Origin: Alkalispirochaeta sp.
GTDB taxonomy: Bacteria; Spirochaetota; Spirochaetia; DSM-27196; Alkalispirochaetaceae
DNA: 64,000 nt
Assembly: GCA_965242725.1 (NCBI GenBank)
Contig: CBDESZ010000025.1
Coordinates: forward strand, 256,001-320,000
Direction: 5' to 3'
The notes under the pieces were generated by a model. The model worked only from the letters and a program-made list of their open reading frames with translations, was not told where the DNA came from and did no database searches. The translations under genes were made by a program, and so were the position numbers. The stretch's first letter is position 1. Each line of letters opens with the position of its first letter. Of this stretch, positions 1 to 10,155 are shown piece after piece.

Positions 1-1297
1 CCGTTCCGGTGCATTCACCTATTTGACGGAACAGGACGGACTGTCGGACAACACCGTCGTTTCCATTCTGGAAGGAGCGGACGGAACGATATGGCTCGGT
101 ACTCCCCGGGGGCTCACCGTCTACAATCCCGAAGATGGACGGATCGACGTCGTGGACGAACAGGATGGGCTTTTCGGCAGTGAATTTCACTCCGGCCACC
201 TGCAGGACACCGACGGGACGCTTCTGTTTGGCGGCGGCCATGGAATAACCCGGATCGATGCGTCCGCAGCGCGATCCAACGCTCACGTCCCGCCGGTTCA
301 AATCACGGATGTCAAGGTCTTTCAGGAATCAATCATGCCCTCCCGTCAGAGTCACAACGGTACGCATATCGATCTGTCGCCGGAGGACATGTTTCTGAAC
401 ATTGAGTTTGTCGGTCTCGACTTTGAGTCGCCGGACAGCAATCAGTATGCCTATCAGCTTGTCGGGTTTGACAGGGAGCGCATCCTCGCGGGTTCCCGCA
501 ACGTTGCAACCTATACAAACCTGCCGCCGGGACGATTTGAATTCCGGGCGTGGGCGACAAACGGAGACGGCGTGTGGTCCGATGAACCTGCGCGCCTCTC
601 GATTCGCGTCAACTCTCCCTGGTATGAACGATGGTGGGCCTACCTTCTCTACGGTGTGGCGGTGGTCCTCCTGGTTCTCGGTGCCCTCCGGTGGCGGACT
701 GCCCGCATCCTTGAGGCCAAGAACCGCGATCTCGAGTATGCAAACTTCCAGCTGGCGCGTGCAAATACGGAGTTGGAACGGCTCAGTGTTCGCGATGCTC
801 TCACGGGCCTTTTCAACAGAAGGTATTTCGACAGCCGTGTCCAGGAAGAGTGGTTTCGCGCCAGGCGTTCTCACCAGCCCCTGGCGTTGCTCATGATCGA
901 TATCGATCACTTCAAGCGATTCAACGACAATTACGGGCATGTTGCCGGTGATCGGGTCCTTTCCGCGACGGCGACGGTCTTCCAGAACGTCGTCGTTCGG
1001 CAGACGGACTTCGTGGCACGGTACGGAGGGGAAGAGTTTGTCGCCCTGCTCTATGATACGCCCGATGCCGGAGCGGCGGCCATCGCGGAACGTATCAGGG
1101 TATCGATGTGCGAGGGCATCCTCGTCCCTCGCACCGAGATCGTATCGGTGAGTATCGGTTACTGCGTGACCGTTCCGGATACACAGGTAGATGCGGAAAT
1201 CCTCCTGCGCTGCGCCGATGAGGCGCTGTACCGGGCCAAACGGAACGGCCGGAACAGGGTGGAACGAGGCGTTCTTGTGGAGCGGCACACCGACTGA
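1..1297 (+). CDS. Sensor diguanylate cyclase (two-component-regulator beta-propeller repeats + Y_Y_Y domain + TM + GGDEF), 5'-truncated by window edge
   Basis: DGLSDNTV..I.....GTIWLGT propeller repeat; YAYQLVGFD..ATYTNLPPG Y_Y_Y signature; TM helix; DALTGLFNRR, DIDHFKRFND, RQTD I-site and RYGGEEF active site. Confidence 0.9.
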   Translation, partial: RSGAFTYLTEQDGLSDNTVVSILEGADGTIWLGTPRGLTVYNPEDGRIDVVDEQDGLFGSEFHSGHLQDTDGTLLFGGGHGITRIDASAARSNAHVPPVQITDVKVFQESIMPSRQSHNGTHIDLSPEDMFLNIEFVGLDFESPDSNQYAYQLVGFDRERILAGSRNVATYTNLPPGRFEFRAWATNGDGVWSDEPARLSIRVNSPWYERWWAYLLYGVAVVLLVLGALRWRTARILEAKNRDLEYANFQLARANTELERLSVRDALTGLFNRRYFDSRVQEEWFRARRSHQPLALLMIDIDHFKRFNDNYGHVAGDRVLSATATVFQNVVVRQTDFVARYGGEEFVALLYDTPDAGAAAIAERIRVSMCEGILVPRTEIVSVSIGYCVTVPDTQVDAEILLRCADEALYRAKRNGRNRVERGVLVERHTD

Positions 1298-1304
1298 TGG
1301 ACTT

Positions 1305-2675
1305 CTATCCCCGATCCGCCGCTTCCCGGCGGCGGATCCGTTCCTGAATTTCCCTGTAAAACTCGTTTGTGATCGGATACTTCGTGAGGACGAGAATCCC
1401 CAGGATGAAGAAGAGCGCCGGAATGGGACCGGAAATGAGACGGATACCCACCAGCGCCGACTCGGGCTGTTCAACGGCGACACCGGAAATCGCCTCCCGG
1501 TATCCAAAGAGGGACAGAACCATTCCGTTGAGTGCGATACCGGCGGCTTGACCGATCTTTGAAAGAAAGGTCCACATCCCGTAGAACACCCCTTCCCGGC
1601 GGATACCGTTTGTGGCGTAATCGTACTCCACAACGTCGGGGATGATCGCATAGGGCATGACGTACTGGGTGGCAAATCCCGTTCCCGCAATGGCCATGAT
1701 GATATACGCCGTCGTCGGTCCCCCCAGATGGCCTACGGCAAAAAAGACGAGGACGCTCGCGGCAAAAATCCCCATACCGATGTTGTAGCTGTTCCGTTTT
1801 CCTATGGAACGGGAAATGCGTACCCAAACGGGTATACAAATGATCGCACTGCCGAGAAGAATGGGAAGGGCGATTTGAAACGCTCCGGCGTCGCCGTAAA
1901 TAAAGCGAAAGTAATACAGCAGTGCCGCCTGAAGTATGTTGACGCCGGTTATATGAAACGCCCAGGGAATGATCGCCAGCTGAAAGGGACGCATTGAAAG
2001 CGCCTGAAGGTAGGATTTCACGATATTCATCGCCGGCGGGTCGTCGTGACGCCGCTTTTCCCGGACGCTGGCGACGACGATGAGCGTGGAAACGGCAATG
2101 ATCGCGCCGGTGACGACGGCCATTCCCGTCCATCCCGTGGCGCCTCCACCGAAGAGACCCACAAGGGGCAACACCGCTCCCGCCCCGATAAAGGTTCCCA
2201 CAACGGCAAAGGTCATGCGCCAGCCGTTGACCACCGTCCGTTCGTGAAAATCCTCCGTCAGGTCCGGTGTCATGGCGCCATAGGGGATATTGATAAAGGT
2301 ATATCCCGTGTTGAGGAGGCAGTTGATAAGAACAACCCACACGAAGAGCGCCGTCGCCGACGACGTGACGGGAGAGGGTGGTACGGTGAACATGAGAATA
2401 AGGGTGCCCAGGGTGAGCCACGCGCCTACAAAAAGCCAGGGGCGGCGGCGTCCAAAACGGGTATGTGTCCTGTCCGAGAGAAATCCGACGGCGGGATCGG
2501 TTACCGCATCCCACACCTTTCCGAGCATGAGTGCCGTGCCCGCCAGTCCCGCCGCCATTCCCACAACATCGGTCAGAAAATAAAGAAGGTAGAAACCGGA
2601 CATTGTGAAAAAAAGGTTTCCCCCCAGATCCCCGATACCGTACCCCGCTTTCTGCCGCCGCGATAGTCGCTCCAT
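1305..2675 (-). CDS. GPH-family (MelB-like) MFS sugar:cation symporter
   Basis: GYGIGDLG, WDAVTDP..G.LSDRT.TRFGRRRPW motifs; about 12 hydrophobic helices. Confidence 0.9.
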   Translation of the reverse strand: MERLSRRQKAGYGIGDLGGNLFFTMSGFYLLYFLTDVVGMAAGLAGTALMLGKVWDAVTDPAVGFLSDRTHTRFGRRRPWLFVGAWLTLGTLILMFTVPPSPVTSSATALFVWVVLINCLLNTGYTFINIPYGAMTPDLTEDFHERTVVNGWRMTFAVVGTFIGAGAVLPLVGLFGGGATGWTGMAVVTGAIIAVSTLIVVASVREKRRHDDPPAMNIVKSYLQALSMRPFQLAIIPWAFHITGVNILQAALLYYFRFIYGDAGAFQIALPILLGSAIICIPVWVRISRSIGKRNSYNIGMGIFAASVLVFFAVGHLGGPTTAYIIMAIAGTGFATQYVMPYAIIPDVVEYDYATNGIRREGVFYGMWTFLSKIGQAAGIALNGMVLSLFGYREAISGVAVEQPESALVGIRLISGPIPALFFILGILVLTKYPITNEFYREIQERIRRREAADRG

Positions 2676-2740
2676 GCACCAATAATAACGGGACAGGGGA
2701 ATGTATGGATACTTCTTTTCGTTTGTGGAATCATGAAGCT

Positions 2741-5011
2741 ATGGCAACGGTCACATTTTCCTCTCCCCAGACGATTTCATCCGATTTTATACCAGACGAA
2801 TTCCTGCCGCCGGGAAATGATCAATATACAATTCGCAATACCCAGTTTGCCCACGCCCATCGGTCGTGGCGGCCGCTGCGGAGCGACGAAATTGAGCGGT
2901 TGGTGAAAAACGGCAATACCGCCGACGATTGGGGGAATATCCTTGTCTGCGATACCTTCAACCCCAATCTCATACTGCACAGCACCTTCTTTGGACTGAT
3001 CCGAATCGGGGCGGTGGAGAAGGGCGTCCTGGAACATCACGATTTGACCTTGCCGGTGGGAATCACAAACAGCCGGATTATTTCCTGTGACATCGGTGAC
3101 CATGTGGCGTTGCACAACGTCCACTATCTGAGCCACTACATCATCGGTGATCGTTCAATCCTCACCAATATCGACGAAATGCATGTGAGCAACCACGCGA
3201 AATTCGGCAACGGCGTCGTCAAGGATGGGGAAGGGGAAGATGTTCGCATTTTGCTCGATTTGATCAACGAGACGGGAAGCCGAGGGGTGGCGCCCTTCGA
3301 TACGATGCTGCCCGCCGATGCCTACATCTGGGCGCGCTATCGCGACGACGAAATACTGCAGAAGAAACTCCTGGAGATCACCCAGAATCACGTTGACAGC
3401 CGGCGCGGCTACTACGGTGAAGTGGGGGAACAGTGTGTCCTGAAAAACTCCCGTATCGTGAAGGATGTCCGCATTGGGAGTCATTGCTACATAAAAGGGG
3501 CAAACAAGCTCAAAAACCTCACCATCTGGTCCGACGAGGATGAACCAACCCAGATCGGAGAGGGGGTGGAACTGGTGAATGGTATCATCGGGTACGGATG
3601 TCGGATTTTCTACGGATGCAAGGCCGTCCGCTTTATCATGGGGACCAACTGCAGCCTGAAATATGGAGCCCGTCTGATCCACTCATTCCTTGGTGACAAC
3701 AGCACCGTTTCGTGCTGTGAACTCCTGAACAATCTCATCTTCCCCGCCCACGAACAGCACCACAATAACTCATTCCTTGTGGCTGCCCTCCTCCGTGGTC
3801 AAAGCAATATCGCCGCGGGAGCGACCATCGGATCCAACCATAACAGCCGCAGCAACGACAACGAGATCATTGCAGGGCGCGGTTTCTGGCCCGGCCTCAG
3901 CACAACGCTGAAACACTCCTCCCGTTTTGCGTCGTTTCTTCTCATCAGTAAGGGGGATTACCCGGCGGAACTCGACATTCCGCTGCCCTTTTCTCTCCTT
4001 GCAAACAATGTGTCCGAAGGACGACTTGAAATAACCCCTGCCTTCTGGTGGACCCGGAACATGTATGCCCTGGCGCGGAACAACTGGAAATTTGCCGCCA
4101 GGGACTCCCGGGTACACCGGAGCCAGCACATCCACTTTGACGCGTTTGCGCCGGACTCGATAGAAGAAGTTATCGCCTCGCGGGAGCTGATTGAGGAGTG
4201 GGTCGGGGCAGCCGTGGAAGGAGTCGTGCCGCGGTGGGATGTCCTGCCGGGAAGCTATCAGGCGATCGTCCGCAGCCGTGGCGATGACCCGGAAGTCCGT
4301 CGTCGCCGCGAAATCGGACGGGAGCGGCTTGCGTCGGGAGATCAGGAGATACCGGACGTTACGGTGTACGGCCTCGAGAAATCCCGCCGTCCGGCGCTTC
4401 TTCTCCGCCCGAGAGAGGGATGGATTGCTTACGGTCAAATCCTGCACCATTACGCCGCCGGCCGTCTCGTATCGTACCTCTCACAGCACGGCCGGGGATC
4501 ATACGCAACCCTCGCGGAAAAGATTGAAAATCGAGCGCTCCCCTCTGCTGACGGGAGGATCACGGAGTGGGCCAATCTCGGCGGACAGCTTGTTCCGGAG
4601 ATGCGTCTGTCGGCGTTGCGGGCGGCGATTCGCGACGGAGAACTGGATACATGGGAAAAGATACACCTGAGATATGACCGGCTGCAGCGCCAGTATGAGG
4701 ATGATCTCCTCTCCCACGCCTGGGCGGTATACAGGAGCATCACGGAATCGACCGATTCCTCTTCCGATGCTTCCCGGTGGCGCGAGTTTCTTGAGACGGC
4801 GCTCACCATACAGGAACTGGTCCGGGATCGCGTATATGAAAGCAGGGAGAAGGACTACACCAATCCTTTCAGGATTGCAACCTATCGGAGTGCGGAAGAA
4901 ATGGCCTCCGCCATCGGCACAATCGACGACAACAGCTTCATACGCCAGGTGGCGGAGGAGACGGAAGAGTTCCGCCGGTATGTCGAAGTCCTTCTCCAGA
5001 CAGAGGTGTGA
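2741..5011 (+). CDS. DUF4954-family protein (left-handed beta-helix-like N-terminal region)
   Basis: ISCCE.LNNLIFPAHEQHHNNSFL, GATIGSNHNSR motifs recognised from this family; start at 2741 or 2705. Confidence 0.75.
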   Translation: MATVTFSSPQTISSDFIPDEFLPPGNDQYTIRNTQFAHAHRSWRPLRSDEIERLVKNGNTADDWGNILVCDTFNPNLILHSTFFGLIRIGAVEKGVLEHHDLTLPVGITNSRIISCDIGDHVALHNVHYLSHYIIGDRSILTNIDEMHVSNHAKFGNGVVKDGEGEDVRILLDLINETGSRGVAPFDTMLPADAYIWARYRDDEILQKKLLEITQNHVDSRRGYYGEVGEQCVLKNSRIVKDVRIGSHCYIKGANKLKNLTIWSDEDEPTQIGEGVELVNGIIGYGCRIFYGCKAVRFIMGTNCSLKYGARLIHSFLGDNSTVSCCELLNNLIFPAHEQHHNNSFLVAALLRGQSNIAAGATIGSNHNSRSNDNEIIAGRGFWPGLSTTLKHSSRFASFLLISKGDYPAELDIPLPFSLLANNVSEGRLEITPAFWWTRNMYALARNNWKFAARDSRVHRSQHIHFDAFAPDSIEEVIASRELIEEWVGAAVEGVVPRWDVLPGSYQAIVRSRGDDPEVRRRREIGRERLASGDQEIPDVTVYGLEKSRRPALLLRPREGWIAYGQILHHYAAGRLVSYLSQHGRGSYATLAEKIENRALPSADGRITEWANLGGQLVPEMRLSALRAAIRDGELDTWEKIHLRYDRLQRQYEDDLLSHAWAVYRSITESTDSSSDASRWREFLETALTIQELVRDRVYESREKDYTNPFRIATYRSAEEMASAIGTIDDNSFIRQVAEETEEFRRYVEVLLQTEV

Positions 5012-5030
5012 CGCTACCGGCGGGATTCAA

Positions 5031-5513
5031 TTAATGGTGGTGGGATCCGTCGTGGACGTGTCCGTGTTCGATCTCTTCTTCGGTGGCGCTGCGAATATCC
5101 TTGACGGTGACGTCGAAATGGAGATCCTCTCCCGCGAGCGGGTGATTCCCGTCCAACGTGACTTCATCTTCCTGAATATCGATGAGATTGACTACCAGCT
5201 CCTGACCGTCCTGGGACTGGGCCCGAAACTGCATTCCCAGTTCCAGTTCGCCGTCGGGCAGTCTGTCCCGGGGAATTGAAAAGACGAGATCGTCCCGCCG
5301 TTCACCGTATCCTTCGTCGGGCGTTACCGTCGTCTCTACCGCTGCACCGACCTCTTTCCCTGTCAGCACCTTTTCAAGTCCCGGTACGATATTCTGATGC
5401 CCGTGCAAATAGGACAGATCACCGTTGTTGTCCGACGAGTCGAGAACCTCACCGGAGTCGTTTTTAAGGGTGTATCCGATGGTTACCACCGCATCTTGTT
5501 CAACTTTCATCAT
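5031..5513 (-). CDS. slyD: FKBP-type peptidyl-prolyl isomerase SlyD
   Basis: YLHGHQNIVPGLE, DGNHPLAGEDLHF, His-rich C-tail HGHVHDGSHHH; GGAGG SD. Confidence 0.95.
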   Translation of the reverse strand: MMKVEQDAVVTIGYTLKNDSGEVLDSSDNNGDLSYLHGHQNIVPGLEKVLTGKEVGAAVETTVTPDEGYGERRDDLVFSIPRDRLPDGELELGMQFRAQSQDGQELVVNLIDIQEDEVTLDGNHPLAGEDLHFDVTVKDIRSATEEEIEHGHVHDGSHHH

Positions 5514-5559
5514 TGACCTCCATTGACAAGGGGCCGGAGGAACGTTATCGGTATACTAC

Positions 5560-5586
5560 AAAAAAAGCCGGGTGAATTCCCGGCTT
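5560..5586 (-). terminator. Intrinsic terminator upstream of slyD
   Basis: Minus strand AAGCCGGG-AATTCA-CCCGGCTT followed by a T7 tract. Confidence 0.75.
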
Positions 5587-5635
5587 GAGACATATACCGA
5601 CATAAAGTTACCCGAATCCCCGCTTTGATGGAACC

Positions 5636-5664
5636 AATGTACGAACCGTATTCACCGGTGTCAA
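5636..5664 (-). promoter_or_regulatory. sigma70-type promoter feeding a ~70-nt transcript or the slyD leader
   Basis: TTGACA (5664-5659), 17 bp, TACATT (5641-5636). Confidence 0.65.
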
Positions 5665-5688
5665 GTCGAGGCGTTTTTTACTACGAGG

Positions 5689-6633
5689 ATGCAGCTGGAA
5701 ATGGTGCCCGCAAAACCGCCGGAAAAGAGAGGACTCTTCTCCATTTTTCTTATCATTATCGCCCTGTCTCTGTTCGGCCTTCCTTCCGCGGTCACTGCAC
5801 AGGATCGTCTTTCCGTCGCTCTCGTGCAGTTTTCGGTTGAAGAGGATCTCTATACGAGTCTTGCCCGTTTCCGGCGTCACATTCACCGTCTGGTGGAACG
5901 ATCCTCGGAAGAGTTCGGCGCCGAGGTTGTCGTCTTTCCGGAGTACGTCAATATTTTCTCCCTTCTCCGTGACTACGATATAGCTGTTGACGAAGCCGAT
6001 GGGTTTGACGAGCTTCTCGCGAAGCTTACCGCAACGGAATCCCTTCATACAGTACTTTCCCGTGAGATCGCGGAGACCGTCCCGGCGCTGCGACAGATGT
6101 GGTCAGAAATCGCCGCGGAAGAGGATGTCTGGATCGTCGCGGGTTCTGCCTTTGTCCACGGTCCCGACGGGGGCGTGCGAAACCGTGCGTGGGTGTTTGG
6201 CCCCGACGGTTCTCTGGTGTACCGACAGGACAAGGTATTTCTCACCCCGGAGGAGGCACTTCTGTCCGTAACGCCGGGACAAATAGCGGCGGCGCAGCCA
6301 TTTACGATAGACGGGGTGACCTTCGGTCTTACCGTTTGCAGGGACGGATTCTTCGATTCCTGGGAGGAGATTTTCAAAGATGTCGACGTCTGGCTTGAGA
6401 TTCGGGCGAACGGCGAGCGGTGGACCGATGAGGTTGCACAACGCTTTCAGACGGCCATGCCCGAGCGGGTACGGGAGGCGGGTGTGCAACTGGGGTTGAC
6501 CACGAGTCTCACGGGGCAGTTCCTGGATCTCCTCTGGCAGGGTCCGACGGGGGTCGTCGACGGAAAGGGGGAACCACTCTTTCAGTCTTCAATCGTCGAC
6601 GGTACCGCCATATACGTCATATCCGTCATGTGA
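5689..6633 (+). CDS. Carbon-nitrogen hydrolase (nitrilase superfamily) with N-terminal signal/TM segment
   Basis: VVFPEY (Glu), QDKVFLT (Lys), TVCRDGF (Cys) catalytic triad. Confidence 0.85.
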   Translation: MQLEMVPAKPPEKRGLFSIFLIIIALSLFGLPSAVTAQDRLSVALVQFSVEEDLYTSLARFRRHIHRLVERSSEEFGAEVVVFPEYVNIFSLLRDYDIAVDEADGFDELLAKLTATESLHTVLSREIAETVPALRQMWSEIAAEEDVWIVAGSAFVHGPDGGVRNRAWVFGPDGSLVYRQDKVFLTPEEALLSVTPGQIAAAQPFTIDGVTFGLTVCRDGFFDSWEEIFKDVDVWLEIRANGERWTDEVAQRFQTAMPERVREAGVQLGLTTSLTGQFLDLLWQGPTGVVDGKGEPLFQSSIVDGTAIYVISVM

Positions 6634-6688
6634 TCCTCTCCCCGTACAATCCTTTCCCAGTCGCTGCCGCCTCGGGTACACTGTATCC

Positions 6689-8401
6689 ATGACAGACAGA
6701 CACACCCGAAAGCTGAAGCCCTGGGATTTCCTGACGGAGTACCGTCCCTCCCATTTCTCCGGAGAGTGGCCGACGTTACCCCAACTGTTCGAGATCACGA
6801 CGGCCCGCCATCCGGACCGACCGTGTTTCACCGTCTACCGCGAGGGACGTCGCGTTTCACTGACCTATCGGGAGGCGCATCAGAAAATCATCACCCTCTC
6901 CCAGTACCTGCGCTCGTTGGGAGTAGAACACGGTGATCGGGTTGCCGTCTCGGGAAAAAACAGCCCTGAATGGGGAATAACCTATCTATCCGTTCTCTTT
7001 GCGGGCGGGGTCGTCGTTCCCATCGATTACCAGCTGAGGGACGAGGAAATCTCAAACCTCATCGCCGCGTCGGGTGCGTCGGTACTCGCCATAGACGAGG
7101 AGCGGTATGACACCTTTCACACGTCCGAGCTCCGTTCCGGTGTGAGTCACGTCCTGAGCCTTTCTCCCCGGAAAGAGCGGTATATCTACGATCTCTCCGC
7201 GTCGGAGGAGTACGCGGTACAACCGGCAGGTGAACACGAACTCGCGGCGATTCTATACACATCGGGCACGACGGGGCGTCCCAAAGGGGTCACTCTGACC
7301 CACGCAAACCTCGTTTCAGACTGCTTTCTCGCCCAGGAGAACCTCACCATTTACCATACCGATGTCTTTTATGCACTTCTGCCCATTCACCACAGCTACA
7401 GCATGCTGGCGGTCTTCATCGAAAGTTTTTCCGTCGGTGCGGAAACGGTATTTGGATCGCGCATGGCGGTGACACATATCCTCCACGATCTCAAGGCGGC
7501 GGGAGTGACGATGTTTCTCGGCGTTCCCCTCCTCTTCAACAAGCTTCTTGGAGGGATCATGCGAGGAATACGGGAAAAGGGCGTTATTCCCTACGCGCTC
7601 GTACGGACACTCATGTGGATCAGTGGAATCATAAAAAAGACGACCGGTACCAATCCGGGGAAGGCGCTCTTCGGAACCATCCTGGATAAGGCGTCATTAC
7701 GCACCATACGGATCTGCATTTCCGGGGGCGGACCGCTGGCACCGTCCGTGTTTCGTCGCTATAACCAGCTGGGCATCGATTTTGTGCAGGGCTACGGTCT
7801 GACCGAAACATCGCCGATTCTCACCCTCAATCCCAAGGATCGCTACAAAGAGGAAAGCGTCGGGAAAGTCCTTCCTCAGGTGGACATGCAGATTGTCGAC
7901 CCCGATGAACGAGGCGCGGGCGAAATCGTCGTCAAGGGGCCGATGGTCATGCAGGGGTACTATGAAATGAAGGACGAGACGGACGAGGCGTTCACCGACA
8001 GGGGATATTTCCGTACCGGTGACGTGGGCTACCTTGATCGCGACGGTTATCTCTATCTCACCGGTCGCGCAAAAAACCTGATCGTCGGAGAGGGAGGAAA
8101 GAACGTCTATCCCGAAGAGATAGAAAACGCATTTCAGCTCTACGAGGAGATCGCACAGATCCTCGTCCGCGGATACACCCAGAAAGGCGGTGACGGAGGT
8201 GAACTCATCGAGGCGGTCATCCATCCCGACGTTGACCGTTTTGACGATCGAAACCGCATGGTTGACCGCATGAACGAAATCGTTGCGGAGGTGAACCGGG
8301 GCCAACTGCAGTCGTATCAACGAATTTCCCGGGTCATCGTCCGGGATGAGCCGATGGAAATGACCTCCACAAAGAAAATCAAGCGAAATGAAGTCGAGTA
8401 G
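6689..8401 (+). CDS. Long-chain fatty acid-CoA ligase (AMP-binding family)
   Basis: YTSGTTGRPKG, QGYGLTETSP, FRTGDVG, GRAKNLIV. Confidence 0.9.
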   Translation: MTDRHTRKLKPWDFLTEYRPSHFSGEWPTLPQLFEITTARHPDRPCFTVYREGRRVSLTYREAHQKIITLSQYLRSLGVEHGDRVAVSGKNSPEWGITYLSVLFAGGVVVPIDYQLRDEEISNLIAASGASVLAIDEERYDTFHTSELRSGVSHVLSLSPRKERYIYDLSASEEYAVQPAGEHELAAILYTSGTTGRPKGVTLTHANLVSDCFLAQENLTIYHTDVFYALLPIHHSYSMLAVFIESFSVGAETVFGSRMAVTHILHDLKAAGVTMFLGVPLLFNKLLGGIMRGIREKGVIPYALVRTLMWISGIIKKTTGTNPGKALFGTILDKASLRTIRICISGGGPLAPSVFRRYNQLGIDFVQGYGLTETSPILTLNPKDRYKEESVGKVLPQVDMQIVDPDERGAGEIVVKGPMVMQGYYEMKDETDEAFTDRGYFRTGDVGYLDRDGYLYLTGRAKNLIVGEGGKNVYPEEIENAFQLYEEIAQILVRGYTQKGGDGGELIEAVIHPDVDRFDDRNRMVDRMNEIVAEVNRGQLQSYQRISRVIVRDEPMEMTSTKKIKRNEVE

Positions 8402-8437
8402 ATGCGCGGCGCTGATTCGGTGTACAAATAGAGATAC

Positions 8438-10072
8438 ATGATCAGCGCACAAAATATCAGTTTATCCTTTGGAGGAATCCCCCTCTTCAAGGACGTTAAT
8501 ATTAAATTTACCCCCGGCAACTGCTACGGTGTCATCGGCGCCAACGGCGCCGGGAAATCGACATTTCTCAAGATCCTCTCCGGCGAAATCGAGGCGGATA
8601 CGGGCTCGGTGACGGTGGGGAAGGGTGAGAGGATCGCCGTTCTCCGGCAGGATCAGTTTGCCTTTGACGAATATCCCGTTCTTCACACGGTCATCATGGG
8701 GTATCGCGCCCTCTATGATGTGATGATCGAAAAGGACGCGATTTATTCAAAGGAAGATTTTTCCGAAGAAGACGGAATGCGCGCGGCGGAGCTGGAAAGT
8801 GAATTTGCCGAAATGGGCGGATGGGAGGCCGAGGCCGAGGCGTCGCGCCTGCTCTCGGGGCTGGGACTGTCCGAGAGCCTCCATGAGAAGGAAATGTCCG
8901 AGCTTGACGGGAATCAGAAGATCCGTGTCCTTCTTGCCCAGGCGCTCTTCGGGGAACCCGATATCCTCCTCCTGGACGAGCCGACAAACAACCTCGATCT
9001 CGAGTCCGTGGGATGGCTGGAAGAGTTTCTCTTCAACTTTCACAACACCGTTATCGTCGTCAGCCATGACCGCCACTTTCTGAACCGCGTCTGTACCCAC
9101 GTTGCGGATATCGATTTCGGCAAGATTCAGCTCTACGTCGGAAACTACGACTTCTGGTATCATTCGAGCCAGCTTGCACAGAAGCAGGCGCGGGACGAAA
9201 AACGCCGGCGGGAGGATAAAATCGCGGAACTGAAGGAGTTCATTCAGCGCTTTTCCTCCAACGCCGCCCGCAGCCGACAGGCAACGAGTCGTCAGAAACT
9301 TGTCGAAAAGCTGACAATCGACGATATACGGCCTTCCAGCCGGAGAAGCCCCTACATCAATTTTGAGATGGAACGGGAGCCCGGCAAGAAAATCCTCGAG
9401 GTAAAGGGGCTGACCGCGTCGGTTGAGGGGGAGCTGGGCCTGCAGAACTTCACCATTACCGTCCATCCCGGAGACAAGATTGCCTTCGTCGGCCCCTACC
9501 ACAATACAAAGACGCGTCTCTTTGAGGTTCTTTCGGGAGAAGCGGAGGCCGATACCGGGAGCTACGAGTGGGGTACGACGATGAAGCCGGCGTATTATCC
9601 CAAGGATAACAGCCGATACTTCTCCCGTGAACTGACCCTCGTGGAGTGGCTTCAACAGTACAGTCCCGTGGAGGAGGAGGCGTACGTGCGGGGTTTTCTC
9701 GGACGAATGCTCTTCAGCGGTGAGGAGTCCCTTAAAAAGGTTACCGTATTGTCCGGTGGCGAGCGGGTCAGGTGCATGCTTGCAAAAATGATGCTCGCCC
9801 AGCCCAACGCGGTCATCATGGACGAACCGACAAACCACCTCGATCTGGAGTCAATTACCGCGCTGAACGACGGATTGATCGCCTTCAAGGGAAATGTACT
9901 CTTCACCAGCCACGATCACGAGTTTGTGAATACCGTGGCGAATCGTATTATCGAATTTGTTCCCGGAGGCATCATCGACAAGACGATGCCCTTTGACGAG
10001 TACATCGCCAGTCCCGAGGTAAAGGCGCTGCGGGACACGAAATACCACGAACATCATACGGTAGAGATTTGA
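8438..10072 (+). CDS. ABC-F family ATPase (YbiT/YkpA-like)
   Basis: Two ABC domains (GANGAGKST, LLLDEPTNNLD; LSGGE, MDEPTNHLD), no TM segments. Confidence 0.9.
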   Translation: MISAQNISLSFGGIPLFKDVNIKFTPGNCYGVIGANGAGKSTFLKILSGEIEADTGSVTVGKGERIAVLRQDQFAFDEYPVLHTVIMGYRALYDVMIEKDAIYSKEDFSEEDGMRAAELESEFAEMGGWEAEAEASRLLSGLGLSESLHEKEMSELDGNQKIRVLLAQALFGEPDILLLDEPTNNLDLESVGWLEEFLFNFHNTVIVVSHDRHFLNRVCTHVADIDFGKIQLYVGNYDFWYHSSQLAQKQARDEKRRREDKIAELKEFIQRFSSNAARSRQATSRQKLVEKLTIDDIRPSSRRSPYINFEMEREPGKKILEVKGLTASVEGELGLQNFTITVHPGDKIAFVGPYHNTKTRLFEVLSGEAEADTGSYEWGTTMKPAYYPKDNSRYFSRELTLVEWLQQYSPVEEEAYVRGFLGRMLFSGEESLKKVTVLSGGERVRCMLAKMMLAQPNAVIMDEPTNHLDLESITALNDGLIAFKGNVLFTSHDHEFVNTVANRIIEFVPGGIIDKTMPFDEYIASPEVKALRDTKYHEHHTVEI

Positions 10073-10079
10073 GATATCC

Positions 10080-10107
10080 GGCGGCGCCCCTCGGGGGCCG
10101 CCTTTTT
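10080..10107 (+). terminator. Intrinsic terminator after ABC-F gene
   Basis: GGCGGCGCCCC-TC-GGGGGCCGCC hairpin + T5. Confidence 0.6.
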
Positions 10108-10155
10108 CAGCATATAGAATCGTGTTGCGGTGACGGGGACATCTCGATATACACG

